From Pontiella sp. (GTDB lineage: Bacteria > Verrucomicrobiota > Kiritimatiellia > Kiritimatiellales > Pontiellaceae), in the NCBI GenBank assembly GCA_050290185.1, contig JBNKHE010000011.1, forward strand, positions 35,677 through 99,676: a stretch of DNA of 64,000 nucleotides, given 5' to 3'. Position numbers and translations under genes: made by a program. Shown here one piece after another: positions 42,766 through 53,102 of this stretch. Under the pieces are notes generated by a model. It did no database searches. It was not told where the DNA came from and was given only the letters and a program-made list of their open reading frames with translations. How positions within the stretch are numbered: position 1 is the stretch's first letter; each line of letters opens with the position of its first letter.

Positions 42766-44478
42766 ATGATTACCGATCAACTAAGTGAAATGATGATCCG
42801 CAGCGGTCGCGTCGGCTCGGTGGAACTGGAAAAGGCCTTGACCATCCAGGAGAAAACCGGACAGGTGTTGACGGACATCCTGATCGAGGAAAAGCTGGCT
42901 TCGCCCGAAGACATTGCTCGCACCTTCTCTGAACTACTCAATATTCCCTTTTTGGAACTGGGCGAAGATTTCCACCTCAAGCGCGACGAATACGACATGA
43001 TTCCCGAATCGGTCGCCCGGCGCTACTGCTTGATACCGTTGAAAAAAGAAGAGGGCGTTTCCATCACACTGGTGATGAAGAATCCCCTCGATATGGATGC
43101 GGTAGATACGGTTCGGTCGCTTACTTCGTTTGAAATCCACAAGGCCGTCAGTACCGAAGACCGTATTTCAACCATCATAGATAAATGCTACCGGGAAGAA
43201 GCCTATGTGGAAGCCGGTTTGCAGGATATCGTGGATGTCGAGGCCGCGGAATCGCTCGGGATGTTGGGCGACGCCGACATAGGCGATGTCGATCAGTTGC
43301 TGGTTCATGCCAACGATGCCCCGGTGGTTCGATACGTCAATCTGCTCCTGATGGAAGCCGTACGCGACGGAGCGTCGGACATCCATTTTGAACCCGGTGA
43401 AAACAATTGTTCGGTCCGTTTGCGCGTAGACGGGGCATTGCGCCCGGTGACCCCGCCCCCCAAGAGTCTTTATTCGGCAATTGTTACGCGCATTAAGATT
43501 CTTTCGGAAATGGATATCGCGGAACGGCGCCTGCCGCTGGATGGCCGCTTCAAGTTTAAGTTTTCAGGCCGCGTGATCGATGTACGTGTATCCTCCATGC
43601 CGCTGGTGTTCGGCGAAAAGGTGGTCATGCGTATTCTCGACAAGCAGAGTCTGGTGGTCGATCTGGAAGATATTGGCTTTGAAGGTAAAAACCTGAAACG
43701 CTTCAAAGAGATTCTAGGTATGCCCAACGGCATCATCCTGCTGACAGGACCGACAGGTAGTGGTAAGACCACCACGCTTTACAGCGCCTTGAACATTCTG
43801 AAGAGTCCCACCCGAAATGTTCAGACGGTGGAGGATCCGGTGGAATACCTGATCGAAGGGGTCAACCAGATGCCGATTCGACCCAAGATCGGACTCAATT
43901 TTGCGGAATGCCTGCGCCACATCCTGCGTCAGGATCCGGATGCCGTGATGATTGGCGAAATTCGCGATGCGGAAACCGCGGAAATTGCTATGCGCGCTTC
44001 GCTGACCGGTCACATCGTATTGAGTACGCTGCATACGAACGATTCGACATCCTCGTTCAGTCGCATGCGTGATATCGGCATCGCACCCTATCTGACAGCG
44101 GCAACCATGCGTCTGATTATTGCCCAGCGCCTGGTCAGGAAAATCTGCCCGAACTGCAAAACCGAATACCAGCCTGACGCCGGTGAGCTGGAATGGGTTA
44201 AACCTCTTTTCCCGGATGCCGAACGCTGGACCTACTATCGCGGCACCGGGTGCAGCCAATGCCACAACCGGGGCACGAAGGGGCGTCGGGCCATTTTTGA
44301 ATTCCTGGAGGTCACCCCGGATATCCGGGAGCTGGTGCACGAGGAGGCCGACGATATGACGATGCGCCGGAAGGCGGTTGCAAACGGTATGCAAACATTG
44401 GCTGAAAATGGATTCAGCCGGGTGCGCAGCGGGGAAACCACGATCAGTGAAGCGATTAGCGTTTGCCAAATGGATTAG
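42766..44478 (+). CDS. pilB: Type IV pilus/T2SS assembly ATPase (PilB/GspE)
   Basis: ASDIHFEP, GPTGSGKTTTLY, LRQDPDAVMIGEIRD, STLHTND and a tetracysteine motif. Confidence 0.9.
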   Translation: MITDQLSEMMIRSGRVGSVELEKALTIQEKTGQVLTDILIEEKLASPEDIARTFSELLNIPFLELGEDFHLKRDEYDMIPESVARRYCLIPLKKEEGVSITLVMKNPLDMDAVDTVRSLTSFEIHKAVSTEDRISTIIDKCYREEAYVEAGLQDIVDVEAAESLGMLGDADIGDVDQLLVHANDAPVVRYVNLLLMEAVRDGASDIHFEPGENNCSVRLRVDGALRPVTPPPKSLYSAIVTRIKILSEMDIAERRLPLDGRFKFKFSGRVIDVRVSSMPLVFGEKVVMRILDKQSLVVDLEDIGFEGKNLKRFKEILGMPNGIILLTGPTGSGKTTTLYSALNILKSPTRNVQTVEDPVEYLIEGVNQMPIRPKIGLNFAECLRHILRQDPDAVMIGEIRDAETAEIAMRASLTGHIVLSTLHTNDSTSSFSRMRDIGIAPYLTAATMRLIIAQRLVRKICPNCKTEYQPDAGELEWVKPLFPDAERWTYYRGTGCSQCHNRGTKGRRAIFEFLEVTPDIRELVHEEADDMTMRRKAVANGMQTLAENGFSRVRSGETTISEAISVCQMD

Positions 44479-44493
44479 AGCGAAGGAATAGCC

Positions 44494-45762
44494 ATGGCTA
44501 CATTCAACTATATAGCGAAAAACAAGGAGGGGCAGGATATCCGTTCCTCTATGGAGGCCGCCACACGACTGGAAGCCTTGGAGTTCCTTCGGAAGAAAGG
44601 GCTGACTGTGGTTGACCTTGTCGGAGCTGAAACCATTCAGCCGAGAAAGATCGTTGCCACCGAGGCAGACCGGACAAAGTCCAACGCTGCAAAGGCAAAG
44701 AAAGGTAAAACCATATCCTTTGTTTCAAAGGTAAAAATGGGTGATTTGGCGGTGTTTTGCCGGCAGTTGGCCATTTCCGTAAACGCTGGCGTACCATTGC
44801 GTGATGCCCTTGAAACGATTGGAACCGAACTGGAGCAACCGGCGTTGCGGCATGCGGCGGTGGATATTGTGGCGCAGTTGAACGACGGAAAGAGCTTTTC
44901 CGAGGCCGCGGCCTCCCATCCCAAGATTTTCAACGTCATGTTCTGCGGTTTGATCAAGGTGGCCGAGGAATCGGGCAAGCTTCCCCAGACGCTGCGGCAA
45001 CTGGCTGAATACCTTGAACGGACCGACAAGCTACAACGCCGGATCAGGGCAATGTCGGCCTATCCTGTCTTTATCGGGATCTTTTTCATCATTGTCTGTT
45101 TGGTCATGACTCTGTTTATTCTTCCGCAATTTACCGATATTTTTGCCGGATTCGGTGCCGATCTGCCTGCGTTTACGAAGGTCGTATTCGCTACCAACAA
45201 TTTCTTCGTGGATTATTTTATTGAGATCTTCCTGGGCATTATCCTGCTGATCACGGCCTTGGTCTTCTATGGCCGCACGGATAGCGGGGCATATCGGAAG
45301 GATCGAATCAAGCTGAAGATTCCCTATGCAGGCGACCTCCTCAAAAAATATGTGTTGGCGCGTTTTTGCCGTAGCCTCTCGATCATGGTGCATAGCGGGG
45401 TCCCTATTTCCTCGGCATTGGAAATATGCGGCAATGCGGCCGGGAACCGGGTGATCCAGAAAACCATTGACGAGGTACGCGAAAGGATAATCACCGGGCA
45501 TCGCATTTCCAATAGTTTGGCCGAAAGCGGGGTTTTTCCGGGGCTCATTACGCGCATGGTTTCGGTAGGCGAGGATTCGGGACAGCTCCCGGAGGTGCTC
45601 GAGCGCGTTTCCGAACTCTACGAAGATCAGGTCGAGACCTCCATCATGACCACGATGGCGCTGTTCGAACCGTTGGTCATCTGTGTGTTTGGCGGATTTG
45701 TACTCACGTTGGTCATGGCGATTTATCTGCCGATCTTCTCGGTCTCGATGAACGTGAAATGA
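44494..45762 (+). CDS. pilC: Type IV pilus/T2SS platform protein (PilC/GspF)
   Basis: FCRQLA..VNAGVPL, EESGKL, GEDSGQL and MAIYLPIF motifs. Confidence 0.92.
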   Translation: MATFNYIAKNKEGQDIRSSMEAATRLEALEFLRKKGLTVVDLVGAETIQPRKIVATEADRTKSNAAKAKKGKTISFVSKVKMGDLAVFCRQLAISVNAGVPLRDALETIGTELEQPALRHAAVDIVAQLNDGKSFSEAAASHPKIFNVMFCGLIKVAEESGKLPQTLRQLAEYLERTDKLQRRIRAMSAYPVFIGIFFIIVCLVMTLFILPQFTDIFAGFGADLPAFTKVVFATNNFFVDYFIEIFLGIILLITALVFYGRTDSGAYRKDRIKLKIPYAGDLLKKYVLARFCRSLSIMVHSGVPISSALEICGNAAGNRVIQKTIDEVRERIITGHRISNSLAESGVFPGLITRMVSVGEDSGQLPEVLERVSELYEDQVETSIMTTMALFEPLVICVFGGFVLTLVMAIYLPIFSVSMNVK

Positions 45763-45899
45763 TGCATGGAAGGAGGGTGATGGATACTGACAATGGATGA
45801 TCCAATAAATTTTAGATGCGCATCCGGTGGGAGGCGCAGCACGGACGGGGTATCCGTGACGTGGTAAAGGAATGAAAAATGAAAGATAAGGAGACACAC

Positions 45900-46313
45900 A
45901 TGAAAACTAGAAAGCAGAAAAAAGCCGGTTTCACTCTGGTGGAACTGATGGTTGTAGCGATTATCGTTGCGATTCTCGCCGCAGTAGCCATCCCGTTGAT
46001 GTCGGGTAACCGTGAACGTGCGATCGCAACCGAGGCCCAGGCGGGATGCAGTACGATTGCCAATGCCATTAAGATGCAGTGGGTGCAGAGCGGTACGACC
46101 ACAAATACGACGCCGACCAGTTTGCCAGGCCTTTCTGCAGGCGATCTGAACGGCACGTACTTCGACGATGATAGCTATTCGTTCACGATGACGTCCAAGG
46201 ACAGCTACACCATTACGGCAACAGGTAAATCCGACGGCGATGCTGCAGGCCAGACCGTTGTCATGACGGTTACTTCCGGTGAAGCCAAATGGTCCGGTGA
46301 TCTGATTCAGTAG
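45900..46313 (+). CDS. Major type IVa pilin
   Basis: Own strong RBS; class III signal KKAG|FTLVELMVVAIIVAILAAVAIP. Confidence 0.88.
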   Translation: MKTRKQKKAGFTLVELMVVAIIVAILAAVAIPLMSGNRERAIATEAQAGCSTIANAIKMQWVQSGTTTNTTPTSLPGLSAGDLNGTYFDDDSYSFTMTSKDSYTITATGKSDGDAAGQTVVMTVTSGEAKWSGDLIQ

Positions 46314-46400
46314 TCGCGTTTGGTGGAATGCCTGGGCGGCCCATACCGCCCGGGAATTCCTGCTCTCTCACAATACGACGAGGACTGGAAGGAAATATCG

Positions 46401-47333
46401 ATGGTAGGTAATGAAAATATAGCGGGGCTCAATATTGGGGATGGATTTGTATGCGCATCCCGCACCGTACGGCGCGGTCGGAAAAAGATCCAGTTGACGC
46501 ATGCCGGTTGGCTGGAATATGCACCGGATGCCTCGGACGACGAGATTGTCCATACCATCCGCCGGTTGTGGAAGAAAACCGGCATGCCGACCCGCACGGT
46601 TTGTGTGGGCCTGCAGTCGCGCTCGCTTTGTTTGAAGTATTTTTCCTATCCTGATCTTACTCAGGGGGAACTCCACTCCGCCCTGAAACTTGAAGCGGAG
46701 GAATCGCTGCAGCTTCCTCCAGAACGTATCGTACTGGATTGGCACATCAATAGGCCCAAGAACGATCCCTACACGCAGATGGGTGAAAAGTTGCAGGGGG
46801 TCTTGGTCGCTGTTTCCAAGGAGCAGGCCACCCGCCAGCTGATGCTCGTGAAAAAAGCGGGGCTTTATCCGGTTGTGCTGGATGTAGGCTGCACCTCGCT
46901 TTGCAACCTGTTCCTTGCGCTTCGCGGAGAGAAAGTGAGCAGGGATAATGGGGTGTGTGTTGTCAATCTGTCGAGATACAGCGCCGACATCTCGATTCTC
47001 TACAATGCACACTATATCTATCCCCGTACCATTATTTCCCGATCAGCTGAATGGTCGAGCAAGGTGCAATACCTGATTGAGAACATTTCCGATGCTTTGC
47101 TCTACTACCACGTCAAGGTGGATAAGACGCCGGTCACTCAATTGATTCTAACCGGATTTGTGCCGGAGGACCCGGCGTTCGTTGGACAGATCCACGATAC
47201 CATCGGTCTCCCTACGGAAGTGTGGAATCCGTTGCGGGATGAGAACTTTGTTTTCGGCGGTAAGGTAAACGAGTCCAATGTCGTCCCGTCACTGATGACG
47301 ACGAGCCTGGGTCTCGGACTTAGGAGCGTATAG
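46401..47333 (+). CDS. pilM: PilM-like actin-fold assembly protein
   Basis: 'AGLNIGDG', 'LVAVSKE', 'AGLYPVVLDV', 'LILTG' and 'EVWNPL...GLGLR'. Confidence 0.75.
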   Translation: MVGNENIAGLNIGDGFVCASRTVRRGRKKIQLTHAGWLEYAPDASDDEIVHTIRRLWKKTGMPTRTVCVGLQSRSLCLKYFSYPDLTQGELHSALKLEAEESLQLPPERIVLDWHINRPKNDPYTQMGEKLQGVLVAVSKEQATRQLMLVKKAGLYPVVLDVGCTSLCNLFLALRGEKVSRDNGVCVVNLSRYSADISILYNAHYIYPRTIISRSAEWSSKVQYLIENISDALLYYHVKVDKTPVTQLILTGFVPEDPAFVGQIHDTIGLPTEVWNPLRDENFVFGGKVNESNVVPSLMTTSLGLGLRSV

Positions 47334-47334
47334 C

Positions 47335-47925
47335 ATGGCGGATTTCAATATCAATTTAGCCAAGGATGTGGTCTCTTCCTACGAGGAGCGGGTCAAGTTC
47401 TACAACCGGATGCTGATTTATTTGGTAGGGTGCGGAGCCGCCATGGTTCTGGTCGGCTATATCTCGGCCGTCAACATTCAGCGTTATTATGTGAACCATC
47501 AAGCCCTCCAGACCCAGATGTCCATCGCGGCCGCGGTTTCAGGCCTGAAGATCGATGATTTCAAAAATCCCGAAAAGATTTACGACGCGTTGGCTGAACA
47601 GTCGGTCCAAACCCGGACGCTAAAGAAGGCGTTGGAGCAACGGACCCAGCTCCTTCCCGTGATTCACAACCTCTTTGTCGATATCTCCGACGAAGTCACG
47701 TTGCAGAGTCTTTCCGCCAGCCGTGATAAAATCGTGTTTGGCTTGGTGATGCCATCCTCTACGGGTGAGTCGGGCGGTCTGGTACGTTCGTTGCGTGCGA
47801 CCTGGGAAAATAACGACGAACTCATGAAACGCGTTTCCAGCATACGCCCCGGAACGGCCGAACGGCGGAATGTTGGGGCCGGTCAGGTGCTGTTCGTACA
47901 ATTTGAGTGCACTCTCAACAAATAG
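47335..47925 (+). CDS. PilN-like protein
   Basis: N-terminal 'NINL' motif plus TM helix; follows pilM. Confidence 0.65.
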   Translation: MADFNINLAKDVVSSYEERVKFYNRMLIYLVGCGAAMVLVGYISAVNIQRYYVNHQALQTQMSIAAAVSGLKIDDFKNPEKIYDALAEQSVQTRTLKKALEQRTQLLPVIHNLFVDISDEVTLQSLSASRDKIVFGLVMPSSTGESGGLVRSLRATWENNDELMKRVSSIRPGTAERRNVGAGQVLFVQFECTLNK

Positions 47926-47932
47926 GTGGGTT

Positions 47933-48478
47933 ATGGATATCGGTAGATTCAAGGCAACGCGGACAAGGCTGGTTATGTGGCTGATGCTTCCTCCTTTGCT
48001 GATTGCGGGGATTGGGTTGAGCTCCTATGCGGTTCGATTGAAATCGGAATGGGAACTCACCCGAACCGAGGGATTGACGAGTGTCCTTCCGAAACTGGTC
48101 CGTGTCCGGAAGCAGGCTTTCCATCTGGTTGATGAATTCGAGGAAAACAGTCTAACCCTGCACTCGGAAGACGACCTTATCGTCTACCTTAGGAAGGCGG
48201 CGCAGGCTTCTGGATTCGACGTAGATGCGCTGAAGGTGAATCGCAAGAAAGACAAGGTCATGACGATCCTGACCGCATCGCTCACTGGAACGGGATCATT
48301 TGAATCAATTCAGCGTTTTCTCGGCAATGTTTCGGCGGGTCAGCATCTTTTATCCGAGCGTGAGTTGCAGCTGACACGGGTTTTTCAGTCAGGAGGGGCG
48401 CCCGCCTACAAGGCCGACCTTACGCTGAGTTTGGCGATGTTCGATACGGGAACCCACGAAGAGAGGACGTTGCAATGA
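47933..48478 (+). CDS. PilO-like protein
   Basis: TM helix, coiled region and 'GTGSFESIQRFL'; position in the operon. Confidence 0.6.
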   Translation: MDIGRFKATRTRLVMWLMLPPLLIAGIGLSSYAVRLKSEWELTRTEGLTSVLPKLVRVRKQAFHLVDEFEENSLTLHSEDDLIVYLRKAAQASGFDVDALKVNRKKDKVMTILTASLTGTGSFESIQRFLGNVSAGQHLLSERELQLTRVFQSGGAPAYKADLTLSLAMFDTGTHEERTLQ

Positions 48479-49017
48479 GCCTAAAAATCCAGGAATCGGC
48501 CAAGGCCGGTCTCACGTATCGTGAAGAGTCGGTGGGAATTCCGGTGCTGTCCACTGTGCTGGTCCTCGTGCTCGTTGCAGCACCGCTGTTTTGGACGCTC
48601 GTCCGGATCAATCGCGACGGGGTCAAATCGACAGACATTTCTAGATATGAGGGTTTGGCTCAAGCAGCGACCCTCACGGTCCAGACCGTCGATGCCATGT
48701 TGCGCAACGATGAGGCGGAGCTGGCCGCTATTCGTGCCGGGCAAAGCCCGGATAAGGTGACATTGATTATTCCTGAAATCGAGATCAAGGAAATCGCTCC
48801 GCACAATAAGACTAAACTGGATGTTGGTCTTATAAACATCTACTGGGATGTAGCGAATCCACTGGTGGGCATCGAGGGGGATACGTACGGCGTCGGTGAT
48901 AAGGTACAAGGATATGAGATTATCAATATCCTGAAAACCAAAGTATATTTCAGAGGCCCGGACGGGAAAACGGTAATCAAAGATATTAATGAAGACCTGC
49001 TCGACATCGTTGACTGA
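48475..49017 (+). CDS. PilP/GspC-like protein
   Basis: TM helix and C-terminal 'LVGIEGDTYGVGDKVQGYEIINI' beta module; ATGA coupling to the upstream gene. Confidence 0.6.
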   Translation: MSLKIQESAKAGLTYREESVGIPVLSTVLVLVLVAAPLFWTLVRINRDGVKSTDISRYEGLAQAATLTVQTVDAMLRNDEAELAAIRAGQSPDKVTLIIPEIEIKEIAPHNKTKLDVGLINIYWDVANPLVGIEGDTYGVGDKVQGYEIINILKTKVYFRGPDGKTVIKDINEDLLDIVD

Positions 49018-49330
49018 AGCATGCTCCTTCGAAGATGACAAACGAAAGAGTGGTCGAAGCGGCACAACCCTTATCGAGGTAATGCTTGCGGTACTACTCT
49101 TGGCCATTATATCGGGTGCCATAATCGTGGGATTACGCTTCCCCCGATTCCAAGTGGTCACGGCCGCCTACAAGCAGGAAGCCATCCATGCCGCCAACGA
49201 GGCGCTGGGACAGGCCTGTTCTAAGGTCTCAGTCCTGACATGGTCGATGCTACGGTACATCGCTGGGCGATCTTGGCGATCGATACAGCCTTCATGTTCG
49301 GCGCAAGAGCTTGGTATGAATAATGCGTAA
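48989..49330 (+). pseudogene. Truncated minor prepilin
   Basis: RSG|TTLIEVMLAVLLLAII followed by 'EAIHAANEAL', then sequence that does not resemble a pilin and a non-coding gap of about 200 bp. Confidence 0.55.
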
Positions 49331-49526
49331 AAATAGGCAGAATTGTGTGTTTATTCAGAGAGCTATTCATTATAGTTCTGCCATGCAGACAAGGAAACAG
49401 GAGACAAATGATCCGGTTTTGCGAGATAAGGTACCAGGGGGTTTCCCTAGGTAAAATCATGGGCTCCATCGTAGTTCTCGGTGGGTTGCTTCCGGGTAGT
49501 CTAGAAAAATGTGTCGGGAGGCGGGC

Positions 49527-49901
49527 ATGAAGCAAGAAGACCAATCGGGATTCACGCTCATAGAGGTCATGATTGCAATCCTCACCTTGGCAATTGTTGC
49601 GATCGGCGCCGCCGCATTGCTGAGTCAAACCGGAACATCGATTTGGAAAAACGCGCATTCGAGAACCTCGACAGTAGTTGCGAACGATATCCTTGAAGGC
49701 GCCTTGAAAGCGGACTATGACACGCTTTCTACTTCAACGGAAACCGTTGCCAGAAATGGTATCACATATACTGTCGCCACGGTTGTAAGCGAGCAATCAA
49801 TGCCCATCAACCACAAGGATGTCGTGGTCAGCGTGTCGCAAAATGGCGAAACCATTAGCGCACGAACCTATGTTATTAAGGGATTTGAAATCCAGAATTA
49901 G
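49527..49901 (+). CDS. Minor pilin (PilV/GspI-like)
   Basis: QSG|FTLIEVMIAILTLAIVAIG. Confidence 0.85.
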   Translation: MKQEDQSGFTLIEVMIAILTLAIVAIGAAALLSQTGTSIWKNAHSRTSTVVANDILEGALKADYDTLSTSTETVARNGITYTVATVVSEQSMPINHKDVVVSVSQNGETISARTYVIKGFEIQN

Positions 49902-49908
49902 ATCAACC

Positions 49909-50352
49909 ATGCGCAAAACAAAAACAAATGCAGGTTTTACACTGATTGAGTTGATGGTCGGCATGATCGCTGCGGCGATTCTGATGCTGGCCGTTGGTGC
50001 TGCGCTGGTTATGGTGACCAAGGGTTGGCGAAACTATTCATCCGGCGTCAATATGCAGCGCGATGCCCAGATAGCCATGAGGATCATGGACCGTGAAATT
50101 CGCAATTCGAACATCAGCGAAATCCATGACTATGATGATCGTATAGAATTTATTCCGAATGGCACAACGCGAACCAATGCCTACGTATATCAATCATCGG
50201 AAATAGCCAGTAGCCCTGATGTCCAGCTCGTCAGTTGGACGCGCCCGGTCTTAGGCAGCAATTCTGTGGAGATTGCATTTACTTTGAAAACTGCGGGAGG
50301 CGTCTACCAAAAGAATTACACGGCAACCATCCATCCGAGGAATGAGCCATGA
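49909..50352 (+). CDS. Minor pilin (PilW/GspJ-like)
   Basis: NAG|FTLIELMVGMIAAAIL and 'MQRDAQIAMRIMDREIRN'. Confidence 0.85.
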   Translation: MRKTKTNAGFTLIELMVGMIAAAILMLAVGAALVMVTKGWRNYSSGVNMQRDAQIAMRIMDREIRNSNISEIHDYDDRIEFIPNGTTRTNAYVYQSSEIASSPDVQLVSWTRPVLGSNSVEIAFTLKTAGGVYQKNYTATIHPRNEP

Positions 50353-51722
50353 AACTAGAAACCAAGCATAGCGAAAAGGCGGGCGGTGTGCTCGTCATGG
50401 TCACGATTGTCGTGGTCACCATCAGCATCATGGTTATAGGCTTGTTTCAATTGCAGGCACGATCTGGTGTCGAGTCGGTGTATCATCGGCAATCCGAACA
50501 AGCTTTTTGGCTGGCCGAGGCCGGCATCCAGTTGACGGTCGAGCGGCTGAACTGGTCGGAATCCTACAGGCAGAACCCCGCTTCGTTTACCACTAATCTA
50601 GCGTCCGGGCCGATCTCCAATTCGATCACGGTTTCCGTGACCAGCCAATCCGATTTTTTCTCACCCGGAACGACAAACTACACAATCACATCCGTCGGCT
50701 ATGCCGGCACATTCAACCGGCGTATTCGGCAAAAGGTAAGCACCTCGCCGGGGTCGAAGTTTGCGATCATTTCCAACGGAGGAAGTAGTTCTTTCCAATC
50801 TAATGCCGAGATCATTGATGGAAGTGTTGCTGTGTTTAATGGCTCGCTGGATACGGGGCAAAATGAAGGTGTCGTTTTAGGGGATAGTCTGTATGTGGAT
50901 TCGGATGTGACTGTGACAGGCAAGGGAGATTATTCGGAGTCGATGATTCCTTCCGGCCTTAGTGAGCCGAATTTCGATGCATCTGTTCATCAGAAAGAGA
51001 TTTCCGAAGTAGCTGTGAATTCCGCAAATGTAACTGTACCGACTCCGGTCACCATTTCCGATCGCTCGATTCCCTTAATCTCCAATTATACGAGCAACAA
51101 CATTACCTTCAGTAAAGGGCTCTCTGTCCCTTCCGGCGGAGCGGTCATCACATGCGATGGGAATATCTTATTTGATAAGACGGTCACCTTCAATGGTCCG
51201 GTAACGATCAAGGCGGGCGGATCGGTCACCTTCACACAAACGAGCGATTTGCCGGCCGGAAGCACAATCACTGCTGGCGGTAGCATCAGTTTAGCGCAAC
51301 AAACGGATATTGGCGAGGGGGTGACGATTAAATCCGGCGGTGAAGTGGAGTTCAAAAGCCAAACTACTTTTTACAATCATGTCTTGGTTTATGCTGAGGG
51401 AAATCTATCACTGGCTTCGGGAGCAACCGGACCGAGCTCGGGCGACGGCCTTGCATTTTTGTCTAATACAAGCATCACTATAAATTCCAATATGAACCCG
51501 TTTTGGGGCATCATGTATTCCAATGGAAGCATTACATTTGATTCCAATATGGATATCTATGGAACGGTCGTGGGTGAGTTCGGTTTTACGGCAAAATCAG
51601 AAGTGGATATGTATTTCAAACCGGAAGCCTACCAGTGGGCATTGCTTGAAGTCGGTGTTGGTATTAACTTTGGAGATGTCATTCTGACCAAGGGCACCTG
51701 GCAGGAACTTTCGCCGCTATAA
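50349..51722 (+). CDS. PilX/GspK-like minor pilin with large beta-solenoid C-terminus
   Basis: KAG|GVLVMV (no E5), 'QAFWLAEAGIQ', and repeated 'TIxAGGSI/V' turns. Confidence 0.8.
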   Translation: MKLETKHSEKAGGVLVMVTIVVVTISIMVIGLFQLQARSGVESVYHRQSEQAFWLAEAGIQLTVERLNWSESYRQNPASFTTNLASGPISNSITVSVTSQSDFFSPGTTNYTITSVGYAGTFNRRIRQKVSTSPGSKFAIISNGGSSSFQSNAEIIDGSVAVFNGSLDTGQNEGVVLGDSLYVDSDVTVTGKGDYSESMIPSGLSEPNFDASVHQKEISEVAVNSANVTVPTPVTISDRSIPLISNYTSNNITFSKGLSVPSGGAVITCDGNILFDKTVTFNGPVTIKAGGSVTFTQTSDLPAGSTITAGGSISLAQQTDIGEGVTIKSGGEVEFKSQTTFYNHVLVYAEGNLSLASGATGPSSGDGLAFLSNTSITINSNMNPFWGIMYSNGSITFDSNMDIYGTVVGEFGFTAKSEVDMYFKPEAYQWALLEVGVGINFGDVILTKGTWQELSPL

Positions 51723-51752
51723 AAAATGCGGTTTTGGATAAGCCCCGTCCAT

Positions 51753-53069
51753 ATGAAACAGAAACTCATTCAATGGTTCGCTATAGCATCCTCGGCAATC
51801 TCAGTTGCCGGAAATACGGTTTACGTATCGCCTACGGGTACGCATCAATTTCCATTTAATAGCGTAAGCACGGCAGCTACCAATATCCAGTCAGCAATCG
51901 ACGCCACATCAGCTGGCGATATTGTTGAAGTTTTACCCGGATGCTATGTTTTGTCTTCCCAAATTGATGTTTCAGAGGCCATTGAGATTGTGGCACAAAC
52001 CAAGGGTTCCGTAGTTGTTGATGGTCATGGAGTCGTGCGTTGCTTCAATCTCGACGATGTCGCATGTTCTTTGGATGGGTTGGTTATATCAAATGGTTTC
52101 TTGTCGGTAGGCGAAGGGGCAGGAGTGTATTGCCCCGGATATTCGGCGGTCCTTACCAATTGCGTTGTCGTGGATTGCTCTGCTCCAGCTGGAGGAGGAA
52201 TTTCCGGCACGACCGCGTATAACTGCGAAATTAGAGCAAACCATGCTGTGGATTACGGCGGCGGTGCTGAGACCGCCATTCTTCACTCCTGCCAAATTTT
52301 CAACAATACCGTAGTGAATGAAGGGGGAGGTATCGACTTCTCGACAGCCTATAATTGTCTGATCTACAGCAATTCCGTGACGGGGTCAGATTATGGCGGT
52401 GGAGGCGTTTCCTACGAGAGTATCTTGGTAAACTGTACCGTGGTGGATAATTTCTCAAATGGAAGTGGCGGCGGAATCGAAGGGGTGGGTGCGATCGTCT
52501 TAAATTCGATTGTGGCGAATAATTCGGCAAACGGATCAGGTATGAATTATATTGGGTCTATCAATTTCACCAACTCCTGCTGTCCGGATATTACGCATGG
52601 GGTGACTGGTAACATCACGAATGCTCCAGCATTCGTGGATGAGGTCAACGGAAACTACCACCTACTAATGAACTCGCCGTGCATCAATGCGGGGAACAAT
52701 GCCTATGTGGGCAACTCATCGGACTTGGATGGCCAACTCCGCATATCAGGTGTAGTGGTTGATATGGGGGCCTACGAATATCAATTTTCGGATACAGACG
52801 GAGATGGCATGTTTGATTTTCAGGAAGCGATTGCCGGAACCAATCCAAACGATAAACACTCCTTTTTTTCGATCACGAACTGGTCGGGGGGCAGTTTTTT
52901 CATTGAGTGGCCGGCATTCTCGAACCGGCAGTATCAGGTCTACCGGGCCGAAAGCCTGACGAATTCATTCAATCCCGTGGGGGCGGTGATCTATTACCCC
53001 CAGAACAGCTTTACCGATTCCGTGCTCAATGCATCCGGTTTCTACAAGGTCGAAGTGCAGTTGCAGTAA
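51753..53069 (+). CDS. Secreted right-handed beta-helix protein (choice-of-anchor Q-like) with C-terminal sorting-type module
   Basis: Signal peptide, 'AATNIQSAIDA', GGG/NC repeats, 'YHLLMNSPCINAG...VDMGAYE', 'DTDGDGMFDFQEAIAGTNP' and terminal FYKVEV. Confidence 0.8.
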   Translation: MKQKLIQWFAIASSAISVAGNTVYVSPTGTHQFPFNSVSTAATNIQSAIDATSAGDIVEVLPGCYVLSSQIDVSEAIEIVAQTKGSVVVDGHGVVRCFNLDDVACSLDGLVISNGFLSVGEGAGVYCPGYSAVLTNCVVVDCSAPAGGGISGTTAYNCEIRANHAVDYGGGAETAILHSCQIFNNTVVNEGGGIDFSTAYNCLIYSNSVTGSDYGGGGVSYESILVNCTVVDNFSNGSGGGIEGVGAIVLNSIVANNSANGSGMNYIGSINFTNSCCPDITHGVTGNITNAPAFVDEVNGNYHLLMNSPCINAGNNAYVGNSSDLDGQLRISGVVVDMGAYEYQFSDTDGDGMFDFQEAIAGTNPNDKHSFFSITNWSGGSFFIEWPAFSNRQYQVYRAESLTNSFNPVGAVIYYPQNSFTDSVLNASGFYKVEVQLQ

Positions 53070-53102
53070 TACCGTTTAAAGAATGGTTTGGTACATTCCG
53101 GG

